DNA from: Polymyxa betae A26-41
Taxonomy: Eukaryota > Protista > Endomyxa: Phytomyxea
Assembly: GCA_003693705.1 (NCBI GenBank)
Contig: RBZT01000364.1
Span: 1 to 64,000, forward strand
DNA length: 64,000 nt
Reading direction: 5' to 3'
The translations under genes and the position numbers were made by a program. This document shows, piece after piece, positions 12,895 to 28,631 of this stretch. The stretch's first letter is position 1; every line of letters begins with the position of its first letter. A model generated the notes under the pieces. The model did not search any database and had not been told where the DNA came from. It worked only from the letters and a program-made list of their open reading frames with translations.

Positions 12895-14429
12895 ATGCAT
12901 ATCGTAGTAGCTCCGAACGCCTTCAAGGAATGCCTAACAGCCGATCGCGTTGGCGAAGCGATAGCCAAAGGATGCCGTCAAGTGTCAGCCTATGCTGATG
13001 ATGAAACGACCATTGATATAATTCCTTTGGCTGATGGCGGTGACGGTCAGACGAAAGATAGCCGCGTCTATCTATTCTTATTGCTTGAAAACAGGAACGG
13101 CTGTAATTTTATCGGATTATTACGGTGCTGGCTGGAAAGACGTTCCAGTACACATTGACACTTGTTGTATGCCAGTTAAAAAAAGTGTCTTAGGCTCATG
13201 ATCCATTGGGAAGGCTAATCAACTCGGGATTCTCATGCAGCATAGAAAACAGCTTTGTCGTCATAGAAATCGCCAAGGCCAGCGGTTTAGCTCTATTAAC
13301 AGGTCGCTTTTAATTTATTATCTCGTTTTCTGACCGCATTCAGATTCGGAAAAGGACCCGATGAGAACTTCAAGTCGTGGCGTTGGCGACCTTCTGCGGG
13401 CCGCTGTACAACTAGGGATGGAAAATATTACAGTATCTCTGGGCGGATCTGCAACGAATGATGCTGGAGCAGGGATGGCGTATGCGCTAGGTTTTAAATT
13501 CTACGACACCAAGGGGAAGGAAATTGTTCCATCCGGTGGCAACCTACGAGAAATCAGGACCTGTCTTTTTCCTTCTGAGCCGAAGGACACGTTAGCACCG
13601 CTTTTAGAGTTCGTTGAATTGTGTGATAACTCGGCGACAGAGAGATTTATAACATGCTGAAATTAATCTCTTTGACCGTGGCTGTCGATGTCGATTCTCC
13701 ATTGACTGGAAAGGGAGGTGCCACAGACAAGTTTTCACCACAGAAAGGTCTTCCAGTAGTAAGTGATGAGAAATGTTATACATAATTGTTGCATAGGAGC
13801 CAAACCAGAAGACATGGTGGTGTTAGAAGAAGGACTTCGATCGATGCTGAGGCTTTGGACCCAAGACGCCAACTTTGACAGAAATTTCGACTATATTGGC
13901 CCTGGTACAGGAGCCGCTGGGGGTATGATAGCTAAACAGCAAAACGAGCATTGACAAATATTTGCCTTCAGGACTAGGAGCGGGATTGGTTGCATTCTGT
14001 GGAGCAACAATGAAATCTGGATTTCAACTCGTCTCTGAAGCTGTGGATCTGGAAGCGCGGCTTTCCAAAGCTGATTTGGTATTCACAGCTGAGGGCATGG
14101 TCGATTCTAGTAGAGGAAAGGTAATGAGGCGATTTTATATCAAATGAACCAAATTTAAAACCTTTGTCTAGGTCCCAATGTCGGTGGCTGAACTGTGCCA
14201 GAAATTGAACAAGCCATGCGCTGCAGTCACTGGAAAAATGCCTTCGTTGACCGACATTCAGGCATTAAATGCATCTGGTTTGTCGGCTGGGATATTCTGC
14301 ATCGCTCCCGGGCCTGTCACCCTTCAGCAATCCATGAAGGATTCCGAACTTCTTATCCAGCAGACGTCGGAGCAAATCCTACGTGCTTTCACAGCCAGCA
14401 AGCACAGCCAGCGAGAAGCCCACACCTAA
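12895..14429 (+). CDS. glxK: Glycerate kinase, class I (GlxK/GarK family), spliced
   Basis: HIVVAPNAFKECL, PLADGGDG, GGSATNDAGAGMAYALG, GAAGG/GLGAGL, TAEG...GK motifs. Confidence 0.9.
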
Positions 14430-14657
14430 CAAGCTCCTGAGCACTTGTTATTTCTGTATACACAGCGTGAAATTCTTCGAAGTCTTTATCAACCATAGTA
14501 AACATAATACGAGCATCCGGTCATTCAATCTTCCAGACGGACAAGGGTAACGTGACTCAACAGTCGATGGCAGACGAGGGACTCCTGTTGTTGTTTCTAG
14601 AAGGAATGTAAAGCGATCTGAACGGCACTCTTAAAAACGGAGGGTTTATATCGCATA

Positions 14658-14909
14658 ATGGCTGCCAAACTTGTCGCCGTTGTTCTATTGCTCTTATCAC
14701 TGGTTTCAGCTCAAGTATCGTCTCAGATCCAAAAGAAAGTGGATAACGCTAATTCGAAGCTACCAGTTCCTCTTCCAGTTATCATCGGTGCTGTTGTCGC
14801 TGTTATTATCGTAATTTTCCTGTGCTGCTGTTGCCGACAGTTTGCTTGCTGTGCCGCATCCACAGCTGCATGTTGCTGTTTGGCGCCCTCTGCCGAAGCT
14901 CTGTGCTGA
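14658..14909 (+). CDS. Small single-pass membrane protein with signal peptide and Cys-rich tail
   Basis: MAAKLVAVVLLLLSLVSA signal; TM VIIGAVVAVIIVIFL; CCCCRQFACCAASTAACCCL tail. Confidence 0.7.
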   Translation: MAAKLVAVVLLLLSLVSAQVSSQIQKKVDNANSKLPVPLPVIIGAVVAVIIVIFLCCCCRQFACCAASTAACCCLAPSAEALC

Positions 14910-15123
14910 AGAACCGTAACTACATCCTCAATATATGCTTGCAGCGAATCTAAGCTGTTGAAATTTTGGATCGAACACGAATAGTTCGTGGAAGTTGGAA
15001 AACCCATATTTCATCGCAGGATAGGGTCGTCCATGATTACCTCACTGCTGCTTGTATATTAAGAAAAACTAGCAACAGCTCACACTGTTGGCGTGTTCGA
15101 ATGTTGAGCAACGTTCAGGTTAT

Positions 15124-16331
15124 TTATAATAGGACGTAATCATCAGTTTCTGTAGAAGTTTCCGGCGCGTTGTATCTCGGTTTGTCTTGTTGCATATCGA
15201 ACATCGGAGGGCTGATTGCAGATGCTTCCTTCCAGAAGGTGTCTAACGACTCTCTTGAGTCGATTAAAAACGCCAAGGCAAGGCAAGGGTCTAGATCAGA
15301 AACAGGTATCGCTCGTACATAACTGCAGTGGAATGACGACGTCTGTTAACAATGTCAGCAACTATTTGGAGCACGTTTCAGAAAACATACATCCCGGTCC
15401 AGCTCATCATCGCTAACAAACTGCTGGTTGATGTGAGGATCGAAATAAAGCAACTGATCTCCACATGTCCCAACTATATACAGCGATGATCGAGGGCGCC
15501 CTCCCTATTACAGTTGTGAAAATTGAAAACTCCAATGAAAGTAGAATACGTACAATAAAACCGCAGGACTGCGAGATTTGCACAGCTTGTAATAAGGCTG
15601 AAGAATAAACTGGATTTACAAAACGACCTAGTCCTAGCCGCAGGGGAATGACGATTAAAGCTCGATTCCATTTCACACCATCATCGCTGCAAACGCTTAA
15701 AATTTCATCTTTATACAAACCTAACTGAGAGTTAGATACCAATAAACACACACCCTGTCTCATTTACCGTCATCGCAAACAATAAAACGAAAATGGTCGA
15801 ATTGAATTGAGCTTAAACATGAAGCTATCATATGACAGATCTCCGATGGTCCATACCACTGCCCAGCACCAGGTTTACTTCTGCTTGATTCCGTGAGTCG
15901 ATGTACAGATAGGGCGTGTTCTGGTGTATCGATGAACCATCTTAGCGCTTCTCTTTCACTGCACCAAAACGAATCAATCATTATAAACTGTTGACATCCG
16001 AGATGGTATTTACTCAGTCTGAATTCGGAGAAGAACATTTGCTAACAGCATCTGACCGGAACGAATCATGCACCCCCAGCCCGCATCGCTTTCATAACCC
16101 AATAACGGCGGAAACCCTTTCCGATAAGTGATCCATATCAAGGAGTATAATCTACAGCCTCTATTATAGACCCATTCAGCAACTGCTAGCTCGCCATTAC
16201 ACTTCACGAGCGGCTTCCAAACTCAAGCCCGATCGCCCAAATATCGTGATCTGTTGGGACGACCCGGGGCTGAAGTCCCCCATGTGTCGCCTGATGTAGT
16301 TGGACAGGCTCTGAGCCAGCTCATAAATCAT
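15124..16331 (-). CDS. ATG4: Autophagy cysteine protease ATG4, spliced
   Basis: WITYRKGF...[17 protein letters not shown] (catalytic Cys), GQWYGPS, IPLRLG, YFDPH, C-terminal LIR-like DDYVLL. Confidence 0.93.
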
Positions 16332-17121
16332 TATTTCGACTGGTTAGAAATGAGAGGTGGACCATGAATCGGCCATTTTACATTACAATAGTCGGACTTG
16401 TTTAAAATGCAGCTGCCTTCAACATATCTCGTCACGCAGGTGTGTTGTTGCTGATTTTCGGTTTGATATTCGCCAGCCCCCATTATCGTTCAATTTTACT
16501 ATCGCAGCAGCGCCTGACGATCGTTGATGGCTTGAGGTCTCTGTTCCGCATGCTCCGCTCGGGCAATGACAAGACACTTTGGTAACCTGCTAGAGCGTGA
16601 AACTGTTCGACGGTTACAACGTAGAAGCTAGCTAGCTCTGCCTTTTGTGCTTGCACCTCTAATGCTTTATTAAACGCTCTAAAATTGCCTCGAATACGAC
16701 CAAAGTTTGTCGAACTCATTTCGGCATCTAATGGTCATTTTTACGAAAACAACCGCTTATTATAATAGTGCAGGCAAATATTCTATCTACAGTAGCTCCC
16801 CTCTGACAATCTTCAGCAGCCCGTCAGCTCGCTAGGATGCATTTGTTATTGAAGGTACTTATAATGCTCGGCAATGAACATGTTTTGTAAGTTCATTAAA
16901 CCCCGGTTGCACTTCGGGAACCAAGACCAGAGCTTAACGAGCTTAAGTCAGGGCTGCCGAGCCCCGAGCCCGTTCATCGAAATTGATTCGCGCCTGACAA
17001 CTCTGACTCTTCATGAAACCGGTGAATCAAAGTCCAGGTAAAACTGCGCATCCAGCTCTGGGAGCAATCGAGATTCCACGAAGTCGATTTCATTTCGACT
17101 TATTTGTAAACTAGTCGATAG

Positions 17122-18703
17122 ATGCCCGGTGGCAAGCATAGAAATACGTCACCGGACGCCTGCTTGGTTGCCGGTGATCTCCTATTACTTCGACACAGGC
17201 TACCGCTGGAAATAATTGTGAAGGTTTTCCGCTTTCATCTACCTCCGAACAACGCCTCTTTCCGGAAGCAGTTCCGTAAGGAGTTCGCCGTTCTTGATGC
17301 TATCCGAGCGCGCCAATACACGTCACATGAGGCGATTTTGAGGGCTATCAATAACCGTGAAAGGTGACCCAATACTTTTTTTGCCTGTACTGCTGATGTA
17401 ACTTCAGGGTGGGCGTTATCAAGCTTCTGATCGATCGCGGTGCCGATGTCAACGCCTATGACCGGGACTATCTGGAAACAGCCCTGATGAGAGCGGCTGC
17501 TAACGGAAAGTAGGCCATCTTGCACTTCCGAAGCCGACCCGGCTCTCAGCCAATTGATTCAGTCACGAAATCGCCGAATTGCTACTGCATCACGGCGCCC
17601 GAACAGACCCGACAAATTCGCAGCACGAAACCGCTCTGCTATTGTCAATCTCGCACGCTCAGTTAGTTACCAGCGCCCTGTTCGTGTCTGCTGCTGCTAA
17701 TTCTCCCATCAGCTATGAAACAACTTTGCTGTTGTTGCAGCACGGTGCTTTCGTTAATGCCAAAAACGAATTACATGAGACACCACTTATTATCGCCTGC
17801 TACGCTGGCATGTACGTTGAAATCTGGACGCTATTGGTTGCTGATTGGATGAATCCAGTGTGAAAATAGTGGAACGACTTCTGCATTATGGAGCCGACAT
17901 CAGCGTAGCTGACGATCACGGCTGCACAGCCTTGATGGTAGCTGCCAAGAAAGGGCGGTAGGTCAAGGGTGGCACCCTTTTCTTCGTGGCTTTGAGCTGG
18001 GTCGTAGAAATGATATAGTCGATCTGCTGCTTCGTCATGGAGCCACCGATGAAGATCGCGATAACGAAGGACGCACCGCCCTGATGCTAACCGCAACTGA
18101 AAGCCATCATCATAGGTTCTATTACTACCAAATGGAGGTTTTATTCTTATTGAAATTCAGCGTTGACGTGGCCCGGCAATTGATGGAATCTGGATCGCCA
18201 ATTGAAGCATTGGATCGGTATGGCCAGACGGCTTTAATCATCGCTGCATCCAAGGGAGAGTACGTCAGTGTATTTTTCATAGAATGATAACTGAACCATT
18301 GCTTAAACAGTCAGCAATCCGGGATAGTCCAGAGCTTACTGAAGAGGAAATCGAACGCGAACGTTGTTGATTCCGAGTCTAGGACAGCTTTAATGAGGGC
18401 TGTATCTGCAGGAAGGTTCCAAAAGTCTCCAGCTATCTTGTTTCCGATAACTTATTCGTGTCATTCAGTTATAAAGTGACTTCGATGCTCTTGAACTATG
18501 GTGCTGCTGTAAATGTGACGACGAGGAAAAACGAAACGGCGCTTTCCATTGCATATAGTCGCGGATTGTAAGAATGTTGAACAGATTTGTAAGTTGTTGT
18601 CAACCTTGTTAGTGAGGACATCGCTGCGTTATTGATACATCACGGCGCTATAAAATCCGAGCCTTATCGCATGAAGGCGACGACATCAAGGAGAAGAATA
18701 TAG
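17122..18703 (+). CDS. Ankyrin-repeat protein with N-terminal F-box-like helix, spliced
   Basis: Multiple ankyrin repeats (GADVNAYDRDYLETALMRAA, GAFVNAKNELHETPLIIA, DRYGQTALIIAASKG); N-terminal LPLEIIVKVFRFHL. Confidence 0.82.
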
Positions 18704-18786
18704 ATCCAGGAGGGAACTGTTTAATCAAAATAATGTCATTAATATAGTATAGCTCTGACGATATATGTGTCCGCGTAGTTCAGCAT

Positions 18787-19566
18787 CTAATTAAAAATAC
18801 TGAATGTGAAGTAGGACAAGGCCGATGTGATCCATTTGGTGAGATTCATGATATGGCGAACAGATATCCTATGGTCAGAGCAAAAGATGCAAATGCACAT
18901 TTGAATCACGTTCAACAAACAGAAAGCAGAGAGCATGTTTAAAGCGCCGCCTAGACGAGCTATTTTCCCGCGATTGCAGCAGAAAACAACAATGGTTGTA
19001 TAGAAAGCAGCGAATCCGATTAGTGCAGGAATGCGCATGCTGTGGAAGATGTCTTGCTTACAGAATTCTTGAACAGGGCTAAATTCGTTCGCGTTTGCAT
19101 CCATGACGAACTCGACCAGGAGAAAGAAGCACGTAGAGACGATCACGAACGCGTATGGAATCCAGAGCGTCAATGACCGATACTTCCCCGGTCTGAAGCT
19201 ATTACCGCGCTCGAGGCTTTTCGACAGCATACACTTTCCAACAACGTTGACTATGTAATAGTCAAGTGTCAAATAGTTTGGTGTGATTAAGCCACAAGAC
19301 GTAGGGCAAAATGTTGCGGATGAGTTGTTCTCAGGAGCACTATTAATGGCGTCGAGGCCCCCCGACGAAGCGACATAGTTATCTGAATGAATAGAACCGA
19401 ACATCAGGAACGGAACCTGCGCCTTTTGTCAGTGCTATTATATCGCCCCTGTTCAGTAGCAGGATAATGTTACCATTCCATGGTACAGTATCATTGCTCG
19501 GTCGTCGTCTGACTAGACGATGGTCGGCCAATACTTGAAGCTTGGTCTGAGACTTCACTGACATGA
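18787..19566 (-). CDS. Hypothetical multi-pass membrane protein
   Basis: 205-aa ORF with 3-4 hydrophobic segments, joinable to an upstream exon through a short GT-AG intron. Confidence 0.5.
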
Positions 19567-20190
19567 GCGTCGTAGCCTTACGATTATCGGTCACTGAATG
19601 TTCCTGTTCCTCGCTCTCTTTCCGTCTCGATCCATCTCATCTAACTTTCTCTCGATCTCTGCGCAATGGTGTCAGGTTCTATCGTTAACAAGCTATTTAG
19701 CTGCAAGGCATTCAATTGGTATTTTTTGTTTGCCAGAATGCTGCACTTAGCTTTTTTACGCATCTGGATTCTGAATTTATATCAGTGAAGTCACAGGCTG
19801 ATGTATTGCTGGTTGGACAAAAAAGTCAGAGATGACCTTCTGCATCAGCAGTGCTGGTTTGGTTGTAAAGTTACTACAGAGCTAGTTCCAGAAGTGCTCA
19901 CTATCAAGCTTTCAACCAATATCCGCAAACGTGTCCTTTCTGCTCGAGTCAGTAATCGACTCACTCTGATGGTCAATTGAATTAACCGCTCGTTATCAAT
20001 GCGAGGTTGTCGGATCTTTTCCAAATTTATCTCACGATAGTGCGATAAAACGGAAAGCCATTCATACAACTTCGAGCAACCCAAGTTTAAATTTTAAATT
20101 GCGAATTAAACAAGCAATAAGCAACACTGAATCAGAAGCAGCATCGTAGTGTAGAGAGAGTGGCGCATCACTGTTCTGCGTCGTTTGCGA

Positions 20191-22662
20191 ATGTTTTCGC
20201 CATGTCATGGTGTGCTCTTGATCTTGTCAACGCTATTGGGGACTAGTCTTGCCCAGGATGCGTATGAATCCATGAGTCGCTTGGCATCTGCATCATCCTA
20301 AACAACGTTTTAGGTCTAACAACGAGGACAACGATTCCGAATCTGTGTGGATTCAGGTCTGTTAATCTTCTGTTTATTGCTATTGCATTATTTTGACATT
20401 CAGCTTGAAATGCAAGCAAGCAGTGTTTCAACATACTAAAGTCTACAAATTTCATTTATTGGTTTTCTTTCCATCATCAAGTTTCATCTCAGCTGATGTT
20501 GAAGTAACATTCACCAATGAACTAGCTTTTAGTTTACACTGTTTTAGACAGCGTTTTGGCCTAGTCGGCAAACCGATACAGAGCCGTTCTTCGAAGTGAA
20601 CTGGCCGACAACCGATGACGAAAACGAGCCAGCCGAATCGGGGCCCCATGTCATCATGCTGCCGCACGATCGCCATTGGGGAGCCCAATTCACGGTCGCT
20701 GAAACTGTGGAGAAGTTCCCTGAATTGATCGCACCTGCTGATGTCCTTTCGCTAGAAATTCGCCAAATTCAGGTATCATGATGACTGTCAGAACGGTCAA
20801 AATATTCAGGCTTTATACAGTCTAGCAATTCGTACGTGATTGTCCTGGAGGTCGATGATCAGGCCTTTAATGCGACTCGTGCTGTTCATTATATCGATCA
20901 TATCCTAAATTCTGAAGGGCGCCTTATCAGTGAGAAATGTCACACTCCGTTTTAAATCCCATTTAGACGTTATTGCAGAGACTTTATTACATGAAGCAGG
21001 AACTGGGCATAGATTTGCTTCTATTCCATTAGGTACATGTTATTTCTCTTATATAACTCTGCTTTTTTGAGGCTGTATTTAGACATGGTTGATTTCTGGC
21101 GATATGACATTCGAATCACTCCGGAAGCGATCGAACCAGGCGCCCTAACAGCTCTTGTAGCTTCTGTAACCGATGTTGATATGATATCGTCTTCGTTCTT
21201 CAACATTCCCGGGATGGTAAGTTCTGCGGTTATGAATAAGAAAAGAGATTTCATATCATTTCGGCTAGCGCGCGAAAAAATCGCCTCTCAACGATTGGCT
21301 GGCGACGCGACAGAATATCTGGCATTCTGCCAGAGATGTGCCGCTTGGACTAACGCTAACGACACGCTACCTCCGGGTCGTTGGCCAATACGCTCTATAT
21401 GCAGAAGTAGTGCAGCATGATCCTTCCCCTGAGCCAATAACTGTGGAATTTAATCCTAGTTCCGAAGATACAGAAATTGAGGTCTGAACTTGCCATTGCT
21501 CAATTTTATTTTCGAAAATGAGCATCTCGAATTGCTATTTATCGTGTTTTACAGTTTTACTCTTTATTCGTTTTGATTAATTGCTTTTTTTCACGCGTAG
21601 GTTATTTTGTCGCATTGGAGTCATGACCAGCAGCTCGGTGGACGAATTCTTCATGTTGGTGGCGGCCAGCGCCGTACTGTTAGCCTTTCAAGGTTTTGCT
21701 ACCTGCCTTACACTGCATTCTCTAAATGCCTCCTTAGTCCAATATGGTACGATAATGTCCAGAAGGCGAAAATTATTCGCCGATTGGTGGGGAATGGGTT
21801 TCATCGGCATCTGGAGACATCGTTGCTTTTGAAATCGGACATTCCTGCCCCTTGTAATGTTTCTCTAATGATAATGGAGTTCCTGCCAACAGGCGCTTAT
21901 GTCGACCCAGACGAAATTGAGGTATTGCTGTATCTCTGTTTGTTGCATTCTGGCAGTTAAAATCCCTGTAGCGGTTGCGGCGGTTTCGAAATATCGATGT
22001 CTCAGTCATTGGCGATCCAATCAATATTGAACATCCAGCGTCAATGTCGACACAAAACGTCGTTTTTATCCATGTAAATAATGTCACAAGGTGCTAAACA
22101 ATTTCCCGACAAAGGTTCGTTCTGAATTTTTGTTAGAGAAAATTCTGATATGCAATGGTTCAACATTTCCGTTCCTATCCATTTGCGATATCAGCTTCCT
22201 GCACACGGGACCAGTTTCATGGATGTCGTCTTCCCCCCTCCCTCCGTGTTCGTTTCGTATTCAGGAACCGAACGTTCGCCGAGGTGCCCGAAAACCGGTT
22301 TGTAATCTAGCGCTATTTGTTCTTACACTAATGTTGGAATAAGGCACGATATGGCCTCAACCATTTTTGGTCGAATCTCATTTGCAGCAATGTCCTGGAT
22401 GGAACAATGTTTTGATAGAAAACTTTGCTGAAGATAGGGATCTGGAAAATACTGGTTAGCCTGCTTTTCGTGTTTATTTATGTGTTGACATGTTTCAGAG
22501 GCAAGCGTTCCAAGAGGCAATTCTAGTCAGCACCAGTTTGTACAGCTTGTGACATTTGCGTCGACTTCACTTGGAGCAGCTGTCATTCTCGTCACCATCT
22601 GGATATCAAGCAGGTCATCTGCAATGCAATCGAAGCCCGATATTTCCAAAAAAGCCCAATGA
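20191..22662 (+). CDS. PIGX: PIG-X/PBN1-like GPI mannosyltransferase I accessory subunit, spliced
   Basis: Signal peptide MFSPCHGVLLILSTLLGTSLA; LPTGAYVDPDEI, NIEHPA, VPIHLRYQLP, VPRGN + TM, C-terminal KKAQ (KKxx ER retrieval). Confidence 0.8.
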
Positions 22663-22995
22663 AATGTTCAGTTTTTTACAAGAATGTTGCCCTGGTATTG
22701 CATTCATAGGTTATCTTTCGAAATCGCTTAGCGATATTTCTCTTTGGCTTGGACTATTTCTGTTGCTAGTATTAGCGAAACGAAATATTGAAAATCCTGC
22801 TTTCATACTTCAAATCGTTTGGGTTGCACTTGCTTTTTCACCGATTGCTACTCACCGATTGCTACTCTTCGTTGCTTGAAACTCGTCACAAAGTTTCTTT
22901 ACCTACCCATGAATCCCGACCAGGATCATGTATGTATTGCTCTGTCGTTGTAAATGACACCTAACTGGCTCTAGAATGCACCTTCGTATCCTATT

Positions 22996-23529
22996 ATGTC
23001 AGTCAATGCAGCCGACATTCGACAGATGTCCAAATTAGCTGCAGATTCGGAACGACACCGTCATATGGCGCTTTGCAAATCCACATGTAAAGATTCTCAT
23101 GTAGTTCAAACGATGTTCAATGCAATGCGACCTGAGGCTTATATCCGACCCCATCGCCACCGGGATATCGAGAGCCGAATTCGTTATATTGTCTTACACG
23201 GAACCATCGCCGTGGTGATGTTCGACGAGAATGGACTCATTATCTGGGCCGATAAATTTTCGTCTGGTGATAGGTTTCTAGCTGATATCCCTGGCTGTGT
23301 CTATCATACTGTGATTTCCTTGGATCCAGATGCTGTTATTTACATGATTAAGCCAGGACCATTCGGTGGATCGGGAGATAAGATATGGCCGGACTGGGCT
23401 CCTGAGGAATTGGAGAAGGACAAAGCCAACCAATATCTGGTCTCGTTGAAATCTAAGCTAGCGCCGTTGATTGAAAATGAGATTCCAATCAGATCTGATG
23501 CAAATATTCTAAAAAATATTTCGATTTAA
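22996..23529 (+). CDS. WbuC-family cupin-fold metalloprotein, intronless
   Basis: AADSERHR...VQTMFNAMRPEAYIRPHRH...FDENG...YHTVISL...KPGPF...WAPEE matches the bacterial WbuC pattern. Confidence 0.82.
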   Translation: MSVNAADIRQMSKLAADSERHRHMALCKSTCKDSHVVQTMFNAMRPEAYIRPHRHRDIESRIRYIVLHGTIAVVMFDENGLIIWADKFSSGDRFLADIPGCVYHTVISLDPDAVIYMIKPGPFGGSGDKIWPDWAPEELEKDKANQYLVSLKSKLAPLIENEIPIRSDANILKNISI

Positions 23530-24136
23530 GATCGGATAATGCTGGTTGTTATGATCGATCCAGTTTTCAATCACCTGGTAGCGGAAAAGTTTTGTTGCAA
23601 TAATTTTTATCGTCTTCCTCAAAAGTTACTATACGAGGACTTCTAAAATTCTTTGCGATGTTATTAGTTGGCGATTCTGTATCCGATCCAGATTTCGCAC
23701 TGCTTGACGAAAGTAAGATTGAATGATGTTTCTGCGAGACTCGAACTCCTTCGAGTTTGAATGGAGGATGAATGCTTAATAAAAATTCAAACCCTGTTCA
23801 GTCTATGCCTCAGCAATCCTTGGAAAGATAAGTTCTGAGTGCTGCTGACACTGAGAACCTGAGAGGAGCCACAAATATCAAATACAGAACAGTGTCGTTC
23901 TTGTCCAAGCAACTATCTCGCCAGTCATCTCAGGGTTCCACGACTTTTCGTTTCTTTATTCATCCAATTAAACCTTGCGATTCCAATAGCCGACTGCAAA
24001 TGCAGGCTGCCAGCTAGGAATACCACTGAGGCCAAATGAATTTGTTGCTGTAATTTTTCATGTTTGCGATGTTGGCAGTGCGTAGCCGCCTAGTATCAGG
24101 CCGGCTCTGCTATTGTGTGTCAAAAATCTGTCGATA

Positions 24137-28378
<4,242 letters not shown>

Positions 28379-28631
28379 TCTTTCAGTTCCAATCATGTTT
28401 ATCCAAGGTCTTAAGGATCGCGACCAATACTATCGCTTACCAAGGATTTTATTCGTGTCTGTAATTGAAATAGTATTTTATACATTGTTGCTAATATAGC
28501 TTAATTTGACATGCTGTAGCCCTGGTAGCGCTCTCCTTTGATTCAGGATAGACCAACCATTGTTGAATGGTTGACTTCAGCGTGGCAGCTCTCCGTCATG
28601 AAATTAAAAATGATCAGGCTTGCTACAATAT

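Noticed and set aside
16483-16719. 78-aa ORF between ATG4 and the ankyrin gene
   Set aside because: No recognisable motif; may be chance or a relic.
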